The notes under the pieces were generated by a model that saw nothing but the letters and a program-made list of their open reading frames with translations, did no database searches and was not told the DNA's origin. Below, one piece after another: positions 12,715 through 24,605 of a stretch of DNA of 64,000 nt (position 1 is the stretch's first letter; each line of letters opens with the position of its first letter). This DNA is from Octopus sinensis. Taxonomy: Eukaryota. The translations under genes and the position numbers were made by a program. The DNA lies in the NCBI RefSeq assembly GCF_006345805.1, contig NC_043015.1, positions 41,478,001-41,542,000 of the forward strand, written 5' to 3'.

Positions 12715-13190
12715 TAATCCTTTCTGCTGTAGGCGCAAGGCCTGAAATTTTGTGGGGAGGAGGTTAGTCGATTACATCGACCCCAGTGTGAAACTGGTAC
12801 TTAATTTATCTATCCCGAAAGGATGAAAGGCAAAAATCGACCTCGGTGGAATTTGAACTCAGAACGTAAGGACAGGCAAAATGCTACTAAGCACTGTGTC
12901 TAGCATGCTAACCATTCAGCCAGCTTGCCACCTTAACAACAACAACAATAATGATGATGATAATAATCTTTTCTACTCTAGGCACAAGGCGTGAAATTTT
13001 TGGGTTGGGTGGAGGTGGGGCAGTCGATTAGATCAACCTCAGTACGCAACTGGTACTTAGTTTATTGACCCTGAAAGGATGAAAGGCGAAGTCAAACCTC
13101 AGCGGAATTTGAACTCTGAACATAACGGCAGATGAAATACTGCTAAGCATTTCGCCTGGTGTGCTAACAATTCTGCCAGCTTGCCACTTT
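12715..13190 (-). mobile_element. Two SINE family A copies in tandem
   Basis: Family motif twice, separated by (AAC/AAT/GAT)n. Confidence 0.8.
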
Positions 13191-14358
13191 AGATATTATA
13201 ACAATAATAATAATAATAATGATGATGATGATAATAATAACTAAGTGTAACTAAATAATAATAATAATAATAATAACTAAATGTAACTAAATAATAATAA
13301 TAATAATAACTAAATGTAACTAAATAATAATAATGATAATAATAATAACTAGATGATAATAATAATAATAATAATAATAATGATGATGATAATAATAACT
13401 AAATGTAACTGGAAAACCATTTCCGTTCTGAGAAGTTTTGATGTTTGATTATGTTGCCAACTTTGTGGTTGGCGCCATTTGGCAGATGATGTAACACGAC
13501 TCCTCCTCTTCCTCCTCCTCCTCCTCCCCCTGAATCGAAGTCGATTGAATGAGACGGAATTGGTAGAGCGCCAGATAAGTTTGTCTTGTGAGGTGTTTTA
13601 ATTTTATGGCTCTTTATGTTTCGAGCTGAAATCACATCAGAATCCAACTCTGCCATTCACCTCCTAAGAACAGGAGTGGGGGTGGGGGTGGAGGGGTGTG
13701 GAGGTGGATTGGGGATGTAATAAAGTAAGACAATGTTGATTATCTTTTTTTTGTTTTAATCGTGTTTCAGGTGTTTGACTGTGGCCATACTGGGGCACCT
13801 CATCAAAGGTTTTTAGTTGAACATATCAACCCTAGGACTTTATTTTTTTTCTTTTTAGGCTAGTACTTATTCTATTGGTCTCTTTTGCCGAACTGCTAAG
13901 TTACAGGAACATACACACATCAAAACTGGTTGTTAAGCGGTGGTGGTGGTGGGGGGGACAAACACAGACACAAAGACGCACACACACATATGATGGGGCT
14001 TCTTTTAGTTTCCAAATCTTTTAGTCTACCAAGTCTACTCACAAGGTTTTGGTCGGTCTGAGGCTGTAGTAGAAGACTCTTACCACACTTCTGCTATATT
14101 GGATAAATTTATAAAAACTATGTAAGTTCAGATAAGTACAGATAAGTGGTTCCTGGTTCAGTCCCACTGCGTGGCACCCGGGGCAAACATCTATTATTGT
14201 AGAAAGCCTTGTGAGTGGATTTGGCAGATGCAAACAGAAAAAGGTTTTGGTTGGGTGATGCTATAGTAGAAGACACTTGCCCAAGGTGCCACACAATGTG
14301 ATTGAACCTGAAACCACATTGTTCAAAAGTGAACTTCTTAACCACACACAACACACAC

Positions 14359-14398
<40 letters not shown>

Positions 14399-14811
14399 CA
14401 TGGTTTTATATTTGTTTAGCAAGAGTCTTGATCTGAAAAGACATGCTATTGTATCTGGGTGGGTCATTTTGCCAATAAAAGCACACACACTGGTTACATC
14501 CCACTTTTAATATAATCAAATCAACTGGTTAACTAATTAGCTAATCAATTGTTTGATTGCTCATTCAGTTGGTTTGTAACTGTCCTTGTGTGACCTACAT
14601 CTGTCACAAACCCAAATGCACCAGGCTAACCGCAACCCAGAATCAGACACCACATCCAAAGCAGCAGATCTGAAAATTGATAACAAAAAGCAAATATTTG
14701 CTTTAGCTACCTGTATATCGATGTGTTACTGTCCAATTATATAATTTGCATAGGGATATAATATAACCATACACAGGTGTGCATGTATATGTGTATGTGT
14801 GTGTGTATATA

Positions 14812-15200
14812 CTCTTTACTCTTTTACTTGTTTCAGTCATTTGACTGTGGCCATGCCGGAGCACCGTCTTTAGTCGAGCAAATCGACCCTGGGACTTATT
14901 CTTTGTAAGCCTAGTACCTATTCTATTGGTCTGTTTTGCCGAACTGCTAAGTTACGGGGACGTAAACACACCAGAATCAGTTGTCAAGCGATGTTGAGGG
15001 GACAAACACAGACACACAAACAAAAATTACACACATACATATATATATGCATATGCGACGGGCTTCTTTCAGTTTCCGTCTTCCAAATCCACTCACAAGG
15101 CTTTGGTCGGCTTGAGGCTATAGTAGAAGACACTTGCCCAAGGTGCCACGCAGTGGGATTGAACCTGGTAAGCAAGCTACTTACCACACAGCTACTCCTA
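14812..15200 (-). mobile_element. tRNA-derived SINE family C
   Basis: Reverse complement of the 29520-29923 type sequence. Confidence 0.8.
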
Positions 15201-15289
15201 CACCTATATATATATATATATATAAACTGAAAGAAGCCTGTTGTATATATGTATATATGTATGTATGTATGTGTGCGTGTGTGTGTTTG

Positions 15290-15495
15290 TGTGTCTGTGT
15301 TTGTCCCCCTAGCATTGCATGACAATCGATGCTGGTGTATTTACGTCCCTGTCACTTAGCGGTTCGACAAAAAGATACCGATAGAATAAGTACTGGGCTT
15401 ACAAAGAATAAGTCCCGGGGTCGATTTGCTCGACTAAAGGTGGTGCTCCAGCATGGCCGCAGTCAAATGACTGCAACAAGTAAAAGAGTAAAAGT
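15290..15495 (+). mobile_element. SINE family C, 3' half
   Basis: gtttgtccccctagcatt...ccgcagtcaaatgactg..aagtaaaagag. Confidence 0.75.
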
Positions 15496-15507
15496 GTATA
15501 TATATAT

Positions 15508-15559
<52 letters not shown>

Positions 15560-15869
15560 ATAAAAAAAAAACGAAGAAAATACACAACAACAATAATGTA
15601 AAGACGTGATACATACAAAATATTAAGATGCTCAGAAATAGGTGACAGACAGATATATAATATATATATATATATATATCATCATCAAAAGCGGCGTTAA
15701 CGATGATGAGATGAGTGTTATTGATATATATATATATATATATATATATCGGCCTGCTCGCTTAGCCAGCGGGGTGGCGTCATTTGAAGGCTAAAACAAT
15801 GCGAAGCGCATTGTGACCAGTGATGTGTAGCAACATCTGATAGCCTGGTCGGTCACAGTGAGTGAGTGA

Positions 15870-15913
<44 letters not shown>

Positions 15914-16745
15914 CACATATATATATATACATATGCACATATATATATATGTTTGTGTGTGTGTATGTTGCCAAGGCAATGTCGTGATGTGTTGTTTTGT
16001 GTGGTTGGTTGCTATGTTGAGCTGGTGAATGAAGAGTGAATTTGTTGGTTGCATGAATAATTGAAGCAAAAACCTGCTAACGTCCAACTGAAATATTTAT
16101 TGTCACGTGTAAAGACCATCTGCAATGGCCATTTCCAGTTAACGGATGCAATAATTACAAATTAGGAAAGAGGTACTGCTCAGAGGTTACAGTCATTTAT
16201 TATTGCCCCAAGGCAAGTAAATCTTTGTGAGTGGATTTGGTAGACGGAAACTAAAAGAAGCCCATTGTATAGACATACATACATGTGTGTGTTTGTGTCT
16301 CTTTGTCTTGACATAGCATGATGGTTGTAAACAAATGTCCCCGTCATACAAGCAGTGTCCATCATTTCCAAACTTATGCAAAAACATGTCTGGCCTTGGG
16401 GAAATATGAAATTACTTGGCAACGGGGTAAGGGTTGGCGACATGAAGGGCATCCGGGGGTCTAGAAAAATCCCTCTCAACAAATTCTGTCTGACCCATGC
16501 AAGCATGAGAAAGTGGACATTAAAATGATGATGATGATGATACAAAATGCTTATTTCTTATGGCAGACTTGCATCTTATCCTCATAGATTTCCTTCCTTA
16601 TGGCTTAATGTCCCATTATCAGAACAAAATGCTGGCATTTACAAGACTGTGTCCATGTCTCTTTTTTTTTTTGTCCTTTTGGCAGGCAATCTATATTAAT
16701 ACAGTTTGTTGGTAATTCTCATTATTATGTCACTTTTTTTTACAC

Positions 16746-17170
16746 ATTATTATTATTATTATTTAGTAGTTTTATTTTTATAGCGTGCTTTCACTTCACT
16801 ACCGAGCGCAGCTCTGTGTGCCTTGGCTATGTGCTGTGGTTTGTTGTGATGCTCTTACTTTTACTGTATTGAAAGTGTTCTGCGTAGGACGTGTGCAGTG
16901 CCCAGTAGTGCAATTTTCTGTATGTTGTATGTGTCTGTAAGTCCTGGTGTTTTTGTTATGTATTTGTCTGAATATTTTTTTATCATGCCTAATGCACCTA
17001 CTATGATAGGAATTGTTTCTGTTTTTAGATTCCACATTCTAGTTACCTCTATTTCCAGGTCTTTGTATTTTGAGAGTTTCTCCATTTCTTTTAGAGACAC
17101 GTTGTCATCCGCCGGTATTGATACATCAATTAGAAAGCATTTTTTTTGTCTTCATGATCTCTGACAACTA
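16746..17170 (-). mobile_element. R4/Dong-like non-LTR retrotransposon 3' end with RLE nuclease remnant
   Basis: Minus strand VVRDHEDKKCFLIDVSIPADDNVSLKEMEKLSKYKDLEIEVTRMWNLKTETIPIIVGALG..IQKIALLGTAHVLRRTLSIQ; (AAT)n on both sides. Confidence 0.85.
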
Positions 17171-17201
<31 letters not shown>

Positions 17202-17214
17202 TATAAATTTTTAG

Positions 17215-17291
17215 GTTTGAAGAAAGAAGTGGTAAACTACAAAGCGTCGAAATCCAACAATGGCAACTCTGTTGAAAACAAAGACTTCAAG
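17215..17291 (+). CDS. GCC2: GCC2-like golgin, first traceable coding exon ((G)LKKEVVNYKASKSNNGNSVENKDFK), phase 1 to 0
   Basis: ttttag acceptor, AAG|gtatga donor, open frame that joins the next exon in phase. Position matches the ELEKEIEELRSK segment of vertebrate GCC2 (recalled). Confidence 0.7.
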
Positions 17292-17652
17292 GTATGAGAT
17301 AATCTAGCTTACATAATAATGGTTTTAGGATTAACTGAGGATTACATATATTGTTGCTGTTATAGTTTAGTCATAGACCAACCCTGTTGAACAAAGATCT
17401 AATTAGATATTTACAATTGGATCATTAAATATCTAATTGTTAGTAGGGTCTAACTGTGACCATCCTAACAGTTGGATATTTACAGCTAAAGGGCATATAG
17501 GGACCCCCATGTATTTTCTTGCTTATAGCCCTTCAGGCAATTCAATAAGAACGAATTTCTTCAAGGGCACACTCCTTGATTGTTATAATATCCAAATTCT
17601 TGAATTACAGCTTTGGTTGCAGACAGCACACAAGGACATGACATACAAATGT

Positions 17653-17880
17653 TTAACCCTTTCATTACCATATTTAATTTGAGATGCTCTGTGTTTCTTT
17701 CAATTACTTTAAATATGAAAAAGAATTTAGTAAAATAACTTAGTTATCATTCAGTTAGTGTTAGGAACATAAATTGTGACTAAAGTTTGGTGGAAGATTT
17801 TAATTCAGAACTTATGAAAGCAAGACATTTGTACTCAGCGCCAGAGCCAGTTTCAGCCGGGTTGGTAACGAAAGGGTTAA
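17653..17880 (-). mobile_element. piggyBac-type MITE
   Basis: TTAA-CCCTTTC ... GAAAGGG-TTAA; reverse complement of 991-1211. Confidence 0.85.
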
Positions 17881-18102
17881 CTGAAGGCATTACATATTGA
17901 TCTGTGTATAGTCCTCTGTTCGTATTCCCCTGTTAGGGCATAGGTTGTTTCGCCCATATATTTCTGATATCACTCCAACAGTTAGAATGCCAAACTGAAG
18001 AATTTGTTGTGATGCCCTCCACTTTTGAAAGGGAAATGGCTGTTCCTCTTCAAAGTAGTCCTTTATCTGGTCTTTGAACTGCTTGTTTGGTTTTCCAGTC
18101 AT

Positions 18103-18422
18103 CTATCTATCTACCTACCTATTTACCTATCTACCTACCTATCTACCCACCTATCTACCCACCTATCTACCCACCTATCTACCCACCTATCTACCCACCT
18201 ATCTACCCACCTATCTACCCACCTATCTACCCACCTATCTACCCACCTATCTACCCACCTATCTACCCACCTATCTACCCACCTATCTACCTACCTACCT
18301 ATCTACCTACCTACCTATCTACCTACCTACCTATCTACATACCTACCTATCTACATACCTACCTATCTACCCACCTATCTACCCTCCTATCTACCTACCT
18401 ATCTACCTACCTATCTACCTAC

Positions 18423-18458
<36 letters not shown>

Positions 18459-18476
18459 TTATCTATCACTGTCTAC

Positions 18477-18545
<69 letters not shown>
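18103..18545. repeat. Compound microsatellite (CTACCCACCTAT)n / (CTAC)n / (CTAT)n / (CT)n / (AT)n
   Basis: Direct reading; explains ORFs 18025, 18074 and 18087. Confidence 0.95.
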
Positions 18546-18550
<5 letters not shown>

Positions 18551-19145
18551 TTATATATGGAGAGAGAGACGGTGGGCTTTCTGTTGTTTGCCTCCTTCAT
18601 ACACACACACTCACACGTTTAAGCATATACGCATGTAAAAAATACATTTTTCTTTTCTAATATTGGCTAAGACAGGAGTTAAAGCTTTTAAGATAAGCCT
18701 GTCCTCATCACCTCAGGGCTTGGCCTTTTAATTATTGTTCATGTGATACATTTTACCTGCACTTTAGTCCTAAGGTATTGTGAAGTATTTGTCTTCCTCA
18801 ACCATGGATGATATTTTTACCTGTCAAACTAATATGTAATTTTCGGATTGTAGAACAAAGGAAATCCTTTCTCCTTTAACTGTATTCTTGTATCTTTTAC
18901 TTATCTTTCTTGTCTTTTCTTTGTTTCACTCTGACTGTGTCCATGCTGGAGCACCGCCTCGGGTAATTTAAGTCAAATTAATTGACCTCAGTGCTTATCT
19001 TTTTAAGCCTGGGGCTTATTCTATCAGTCTCTTTTGCTGAAACGCTAAATCATGGGGACATAAACACACCAACACTGGCTGTCAAGCAGCTATGGTTACA
19101 CACACACACGCATACACACACACGCACACGCATGACAGGCTTCTT

Positions 19146-19540
19146 TCAGTTTCTTATTTCTTTACTGTCCACAAGGGGCTACACAGAGGGGACAAACAAG
19201 GACAGACAAACGGATTAAGTTGATTACATCGAGCCCAGTGTGCAACTGGTACTTAATTTATCGACCCCGAAAGGATGAAAGGCAAAGTCGACCTCGGTGG
19301 AATTTGAACTCAGAACGTAATGGCAAACGAAATACCTATTTCTTTACTACCCACAAGGGGCTAAACACAGAGAGGATAAACAAGAACAGACAAACGGGTT
19401 AAGTCGATTATATCGACCCCAGTGTGCAACTGTTACTTCATTTATCGACCCCGAAAGGATGAAAGGCAAAGTCGACCTCGGCGGAATTTGAACTCAGAAT
19501 GTAGCGGCAAACGAAATACGGCTTTGCATTTCGCCCGGCT
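19146..19540 (-). mobile_element. Head-to-tail dimer of SINE family A
   Basis: tttctt(t)tact..cacaaggggct... unit present twice, about 190 bp apart. Confidence 0.8.
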
Positions 19541-20054
19541 TCTTTCAGTTTCTGTCTACCAAATCTACTCACGTGATTTACCTGAGGCTAGAGTAGAAGA
19601 CAAGGAAACTGAACCCAGAACCATGTGGTTGGCAAGTAAACGTTTTACCACAGAACCCTGCCTGTGCCCGTATTTCTGAGCCTTTCTGTCGTTCTCTTCT
19701 TTTCCTTTTTCTCATCTCATCATCGTCATCATCCTCAGCCTCATTTCACATCAACTTTGCATTTCAACCATCAAGTACTGTTATCACTATAATCAACTGG
19801 TCCAACTCTGCCTCCAACTTTCATGCTTTGTGTTATGCTAGAAATTATTATTATAATTTTGTTGTTATTATTATTACTGTTTTACGGAGTGGTTGGCGTT
19901 AGGAAGGGCATCCAGCCGTAGAAACACTGCCAGATCTGACTGGGCCTGATGAAGCCTTCCAGCTTCACAGACCCCAGTTGAACTGTCCAACCCATGCTAG
20001 CATGGAGAAAGGACGCTAAATGATGATGATGATGTTATTGTTATCTCTGAACAG

Positions 20055-20159
20055 GGGCTCCAGGAGCAGGTGCGAATGTTGGAAGAGGACAAAGAAGAAA
20101 TGAAAAAGGCCTACAATTCACTCGTTGCTGAGAAAGAAGCCACATTAGCACAGTACCAG
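20055..20159 (+). CDS. GCC2: GCC2-like exon GLQEQVRMLEEDKEEMKKAYNSLVAEKEATLAQYQ (105 nt, phase 0/0)
   Basis: ctctgaacag acceptor, CAG|gtagag donor, E/K-rich heptad sequence. Confidence 0.85.
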
Positions 20160-20424
20160 GTAGAGGCTTTTTTTTTTTTATTAACTTCTTAATAATAATA
20201 ATAATTAATAATAATAATAATCCTTTCTACTAAAGGCACAAGACCTGAAATTTTGAGGGAGAAGGATAGTGGATTACATCAACCCCAGTGCATAACTGGT
20301 ACTTCTTTTATTGTTTTATTGACCCTGAAAAGATGAAAGGCAAAGTCAACTTCAGCAGAATTTGAAAATAAAAATAATAATAAGAAGAAAGACTAACAAT
20401 TCTGCCAACTTGCCACCTTATAAT

Positions 20425-20727
20425 ATTAATAATAATGATAATGATAATAATAATGATAATAATAATGATAATGATAATGATGATAATAATAATAATAATG
20501 ATAATGATAATAATGATAATAATAATAATGATAATGATGATAATAATAATAATAATAATGATAATGGTGATAATAATGATAATAATAATGATAATAATGA
20601 TAATGATAATAATAATGATAATGATGATAATAATGGTAATAATAATAATAATAATAATGATGATGATAATAATGATAATGACGATAATATAATGATGATA
20701 ATGATGATAATAATGATAATAATAATG

Positions 20728-20762
<35 letters not shown>

Positions 20763-20790
20763 GATAATGATAATAATAATAGTAATAATA
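20425..20790. repeat. (AAT/GAT)n trinucleotide microsatellite, about 365 bp
   Basis: Direct reading. Confidence 0.95.
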
Positions 20791-21045
20791 ATAAAACACA
20801 ATAAGAATAATACAGTGAATACATTAGTTAGAAGCTCAGTGAAAGTATAGATGGAAAAATAGGAGTAGAAACGATGTTTCGAGCATGGCTCTTTCTCAGA
20901 TATGTGTGTGTGTGTATATATATATTTGTGTATGTATATATGTAGAGAGATTGAGAGATAGTGTTTTATTTGGGAGGCTGTATCCTTCGGCTGTCACATA
21001 TTACTTTGAGCACCAACTTAAAAGCTTCTGTTTTGATCTTCCCAG

Positions 21046-21129
21046 GATATTGAAAGAAAACACAAAGAGATTCTCGAAAGTTATAACGAACTTGAAAAAG
21101 AAGTTTCTTCATTAAAAAATAAGAAAAAA
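21046..21129 (+). CDS. GCC2: GCC2-like exon DIERKHKEILESYNELEKEVSSLKNKKK (84 nt, phase 0/0)
   Basis: ttttgatcttcccag acceptor, AAA|gtaagt donor, coiled-coil composition. Confidence 0.85.
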
Positions 21130-22162
21130 GTAAGTATCTTTCTGCTTTTCTTCTCGTTATGATTTAATGACGAATAAAAGAAGTACATGAATTCTTTATT
21201 TCATTTTATTTGATGAATTTTTTTTGTATAATCTTTGTGTGTTAATGTGACATGTTGTTTAAATATAAACCATTGACTAATAACAACACTCTTTGACCAT
21301 CCTGCCCATCTTCAAGTGTTGGAGGATCTTGAAGCAGGTGGCACGTAAAAAGCACCAACCGATCGTGGCTGCTGCTAGCCTCCCCTGGCACATAAAAAGC
21401 ACCCACTACACTCACGGAGTGGTTGAAGGGTATCCAGCTGTAGAAGCACTGCCAGATCAGATTGGAGCCTGGTGCAGCCCCCTGGCTTCCCAGACCCCTG
21501 TCGAACCATCCAATGTGTGCTAGCACGGAAAACGGACATTAAACGATGATGATGATGAATGTCTGCTTTCCATGCTGGCAAGGGTTAGACGGTTTGACTG
21601 GAAGTGGTACGCCAAAGAGCTGCATCGCATTCCAGTCTGTTTTGGCATGGTTTCTATGGCTGGTTGCCCTTCTTAATGCCAACCACTCCAAGATGCTTTT
21701 TATGTACCACTGGCAAAGGCGCCAGTTATGTGATGCCGGCATGGGAGCCACCACTATGACTCTACTTGGCTTGATGATTCTTTCTCAGCACGGCATTTTG
21801 CCAACGGTCTTAGTCATTTGTCATCACTTCTGTGAGGCCCGACATTTGAAGGGTGCCTTTTATGTGCCACTGGTTCAGGTGCCAGTTATGTGACACCGGC
21901 GTTGGCCACAAACAAGATATAACAGGACTTTTTAATAATGCTTATGAGGGTCCATCTTTGTAAAATAAAAATCAAAGAATTCCATACGTAACAAAATGGT
22001 CAAGAACCACAGTTCCATAATAACACAAGCCAGTGGTTGTCAGAGTTTGAACTTGTGACTCTGCAATCTCCTATAAAAGACAACAACTTTGCTTTATATT
22101 CTGCTGAAAATGTTAGAATTTTAGCTGATCTTTTTTTCTTCTTTCGCTCATTTCTTTTCCAG

Positions 22163-22267
22163 GAGCTTGATGAACAAAATGAATGTTTGCAGATGAAGAA
22201 TGAGACTTTATCTACATCGTATCACTTTATGCAGGAAGAACAAGACAGAATTGTCCTGGAGAATAAG
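22163..22267 (+). CDS. GCC2: GCC2-like exon ELDEQNECLQMKNETLSTSYHFMQEEQDRIVLENK (105 nt, phase 0/0)
   Basis: tttcttttccag acceptor, AAG|gtaagt donor; lies inside ORF 22037..22276. Confidence 0.85.
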
Positions 22268-22364
22268 GTAAGTTAGGATGCCAGAAGACTAATATATTTG
22301 AGAGAAATTTTTGTAATATTTACCTGTTGTAATACTCTGGTTATGATATGGACTATAAATTGAC

Positions 22365-22699
22365 TGTAGGTTCAGGCATGGCTATGTGCTTAAGAAAGTT
22401 GCTTCCCGACCATGTGGTTATGGGTTCAGTCCCACTGTGTGACACCTTGGGCAAGTGTCTTCTACTATAGCCCTGAGCTGACTAAAGTCTTGTGAGTGTA
22501 TTTGGTAGAAAGAAACTACATTCTCGGAGTGGTTGGCGTTAGGAAAGGCATCCAGCTGTAGAAACTCTGCCAGATCATGATTGGAGCCTGGTGCAGCCAT
22601 CTGGTTCGCCAGTCCTCAATCAAATTGTCCAACCCATGCTAGCATGAAAAGCGCACGTTAAATGATGATGATGATGAAACTGAAAGAAGCCTATCATGC

Positions 22700-22740
<41 letters not shown>

Positions 22741-22945
22741 TGTTTGTCCCCTACTAATGCTTGACAATCACTGTTAGTGTGTCTATGTCTTCATAACTTA
22801 GTGATTCAGCAAAAGAGACTGATAAAATAAGTATCAGGCTTAAAAAAAAAAATTAAGTGTTGGGGTTGATTCATTTAACTAGAAATTCTTTGAGCCCATG
22901 CTCCAGCATGGCCACAATCTAATGTCTGAAACAAGTAAAAGATAT
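22365..22945 (+). mobile_element. SINE family C with nested family D insert (about 22517-22675)
   Basis: Family C head and tail are separated by a family D segment ending in (GAT)n. Confidence 0.7.
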
Positions 22946-22990
22946 AGAGCATATTTCTATTAACCAAACCCCTGTCTCTCATGATGTGAA

Positions 22991-23314
22991 GGCGCATGGC
23001 TCAGTGGTTAGAGCGTCGAGCTTACGATCGTGAGGTTGTGAGTTCGAATCTTGGACCGTGCTGTGTGTTGTGTTCTTGAGCAAGACACTTTATTTCACGT
23101 TGCTCCAATTCACTCAGTTGCGACGTCACTGGTGCCAAGCTGTATCGGCCCCTTTGCCTTTCCCTTGGATAACATCAGTGGCGTGGAGAGCGGGGCCTGG
23201 TATGCATGGGTGACTGCTGGTCTTCCATAAACAACCTTGCCTGGATTTGTGCCTGGGGGGTGGTGGTAACTTTCTATGAGCAATCCCATGGTCAGTCATG
23301 ACTGAAGGGGGTCT
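22991..23314 (+). mobile_element. tRNA-derived SINE family B
   Basis: A box TGGCTCAGTGG, B box GTTCGAATC, then ttcttgagcaagacactttatttc; no CCA or acceptor stem; second copy at 55482-55822. Confidence 0.8.
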
Positions 23315-23430
23315 CAGATCTCTCATGATATATCTCATCTCAGAATCCCAAATGTGTCAAAATTGGACATGTTAAAATTCTAAAAACAACTTTTTTTTTG
23401 TTATTTATTGGTTTTCTTTAACCTTTTCAG

Positions 23431-23607
23431 GACCTGAAGGACCAAATCAATGTGCTGACATCTGCTCGTGACGAAACCCTACTTTCTCTGAAAGAACTCA
23501 AAGCCCAGTGCTCCGAGGACAAAGGCTTGAATTCTGAAATGGAAGATTTGAACAAGCAATGTGAAGAATTAGAAGCAAAAGTTAAAAACGCTGAATCAGA
23601 AAGCGAA
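23431..23607 (+). CDS. GCC2: GCC2-like exon DLKDQINVLTSARDE...KVKNAESESE (177 nt, phase 0/0)
   Basis: ttttctttaaccttttcag acceptor, GAA|gtaagt donor, 59 open codons of coiled coil. Confidence 0.88.
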
Positions 23608-24449
23608 GTAAGTGGATAAATAATGATATTCCGTTTGGGAAAATTGGTTTACAAATATGAATAATATTCTTCTTGGGAAATTCTTTAAAATCAAATTAAA
23701 TTTTGTAAAATCTCTCTAAAATAATTATTTAGAATAACATTGTAATTCAAAGCAAGCAAATTAGAAATTTAAAACTTTTTTTTGTTGAATTTTATTTATA
23801 TTTAGCAGCTTCAAAATGAACAGAAATGTGACCTTAGCTTATGCTTAGGGGTTCACTTCTTTCTTTTTACAAGAAGGACTTCTTAGCCTCACTGCAACAA
23901 ATCACAGTTGACTCTATAGCACTTACCTTCCTTTAGGTCAAAATTTTGATGAGATGGTTTATTACTAGTTGCTATTATTATTATTAATATTATTATTATC
24001 ATCTACTTTTAATCTGCATCATCATCATCATTTAACATCCGCTTTCCATGCTATTGGACGATTTGACTGAGGACTGGCGAACCAGATGGCTGCACCAGGC
24101 TCCAATCTGATCTGGCAGAGTTTCTACAGCTGGATGCCTGTCCTAATGCCAACTACTCAGAGAGTGTAGTGGGTGGGTTTACGTGCCACCGGCACAAGGG
24201 CCAGTCTGGCACTACTGGCAATGGCCACCCTCAAATGGTGTTTTTTTACATGCCACCTGCACAAGAGTCTGTCCAACGGCACTGGTAATGACCTCGCTCG
24301 AATGTTTTGTTCACGTGCCACTTGCCAGGACACACCCAGCGTCCCAGGGCAGGTAAAGGACAAGAGATGTTACAGTATGACTGAAAGCTTGAGGAGGGCA
24401 AGTGGCCGGGGCAGTAGTGGAATATTTTCATGTAATACAACACATGCAT

Positions 24450-24605
24450 TTAAGTTAATAGGGTTTTTCTAACAATGTGGGTAATATTTGTCAGTACAAT
24501 CTTTTGGATTTCTCTGAGACATGGTTCTCCTGGGATATTATCTAGATGTTTCTGACATCCCTGTTTTATACCTAAGGCACCCACAATAACAGGAACAGTT
24601 CTCTT
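24450..24605 (-). mobile_element. R4/Dong-like RLE C-terminal remnant (different subfamily)
   Basis: TVPVIVGALGIKQGCQKHLDNIPGEPCLREIQKIVLTNITHIVRKTL; (AAT)n at the 5' junction. Confidence 0.65.

Noticed and set aside
18025-18660. ORFs of 156-211 aa
   Set aside because: Tetra- and dodecanucleotide microsatellite translation
20308-20850. Poly-I, N/D and Y/H ORFs
   Set aside because: (AAT/GAT)n microsatellite
22991-23065. Apparent tRNA gene (likewise 2940-3013, 33690-33763, 46845-46919, 55482-55555)
   Set aside because: A and B boxes are present but there is no proper acceptor stem, and each is fused to a repeated SINE body
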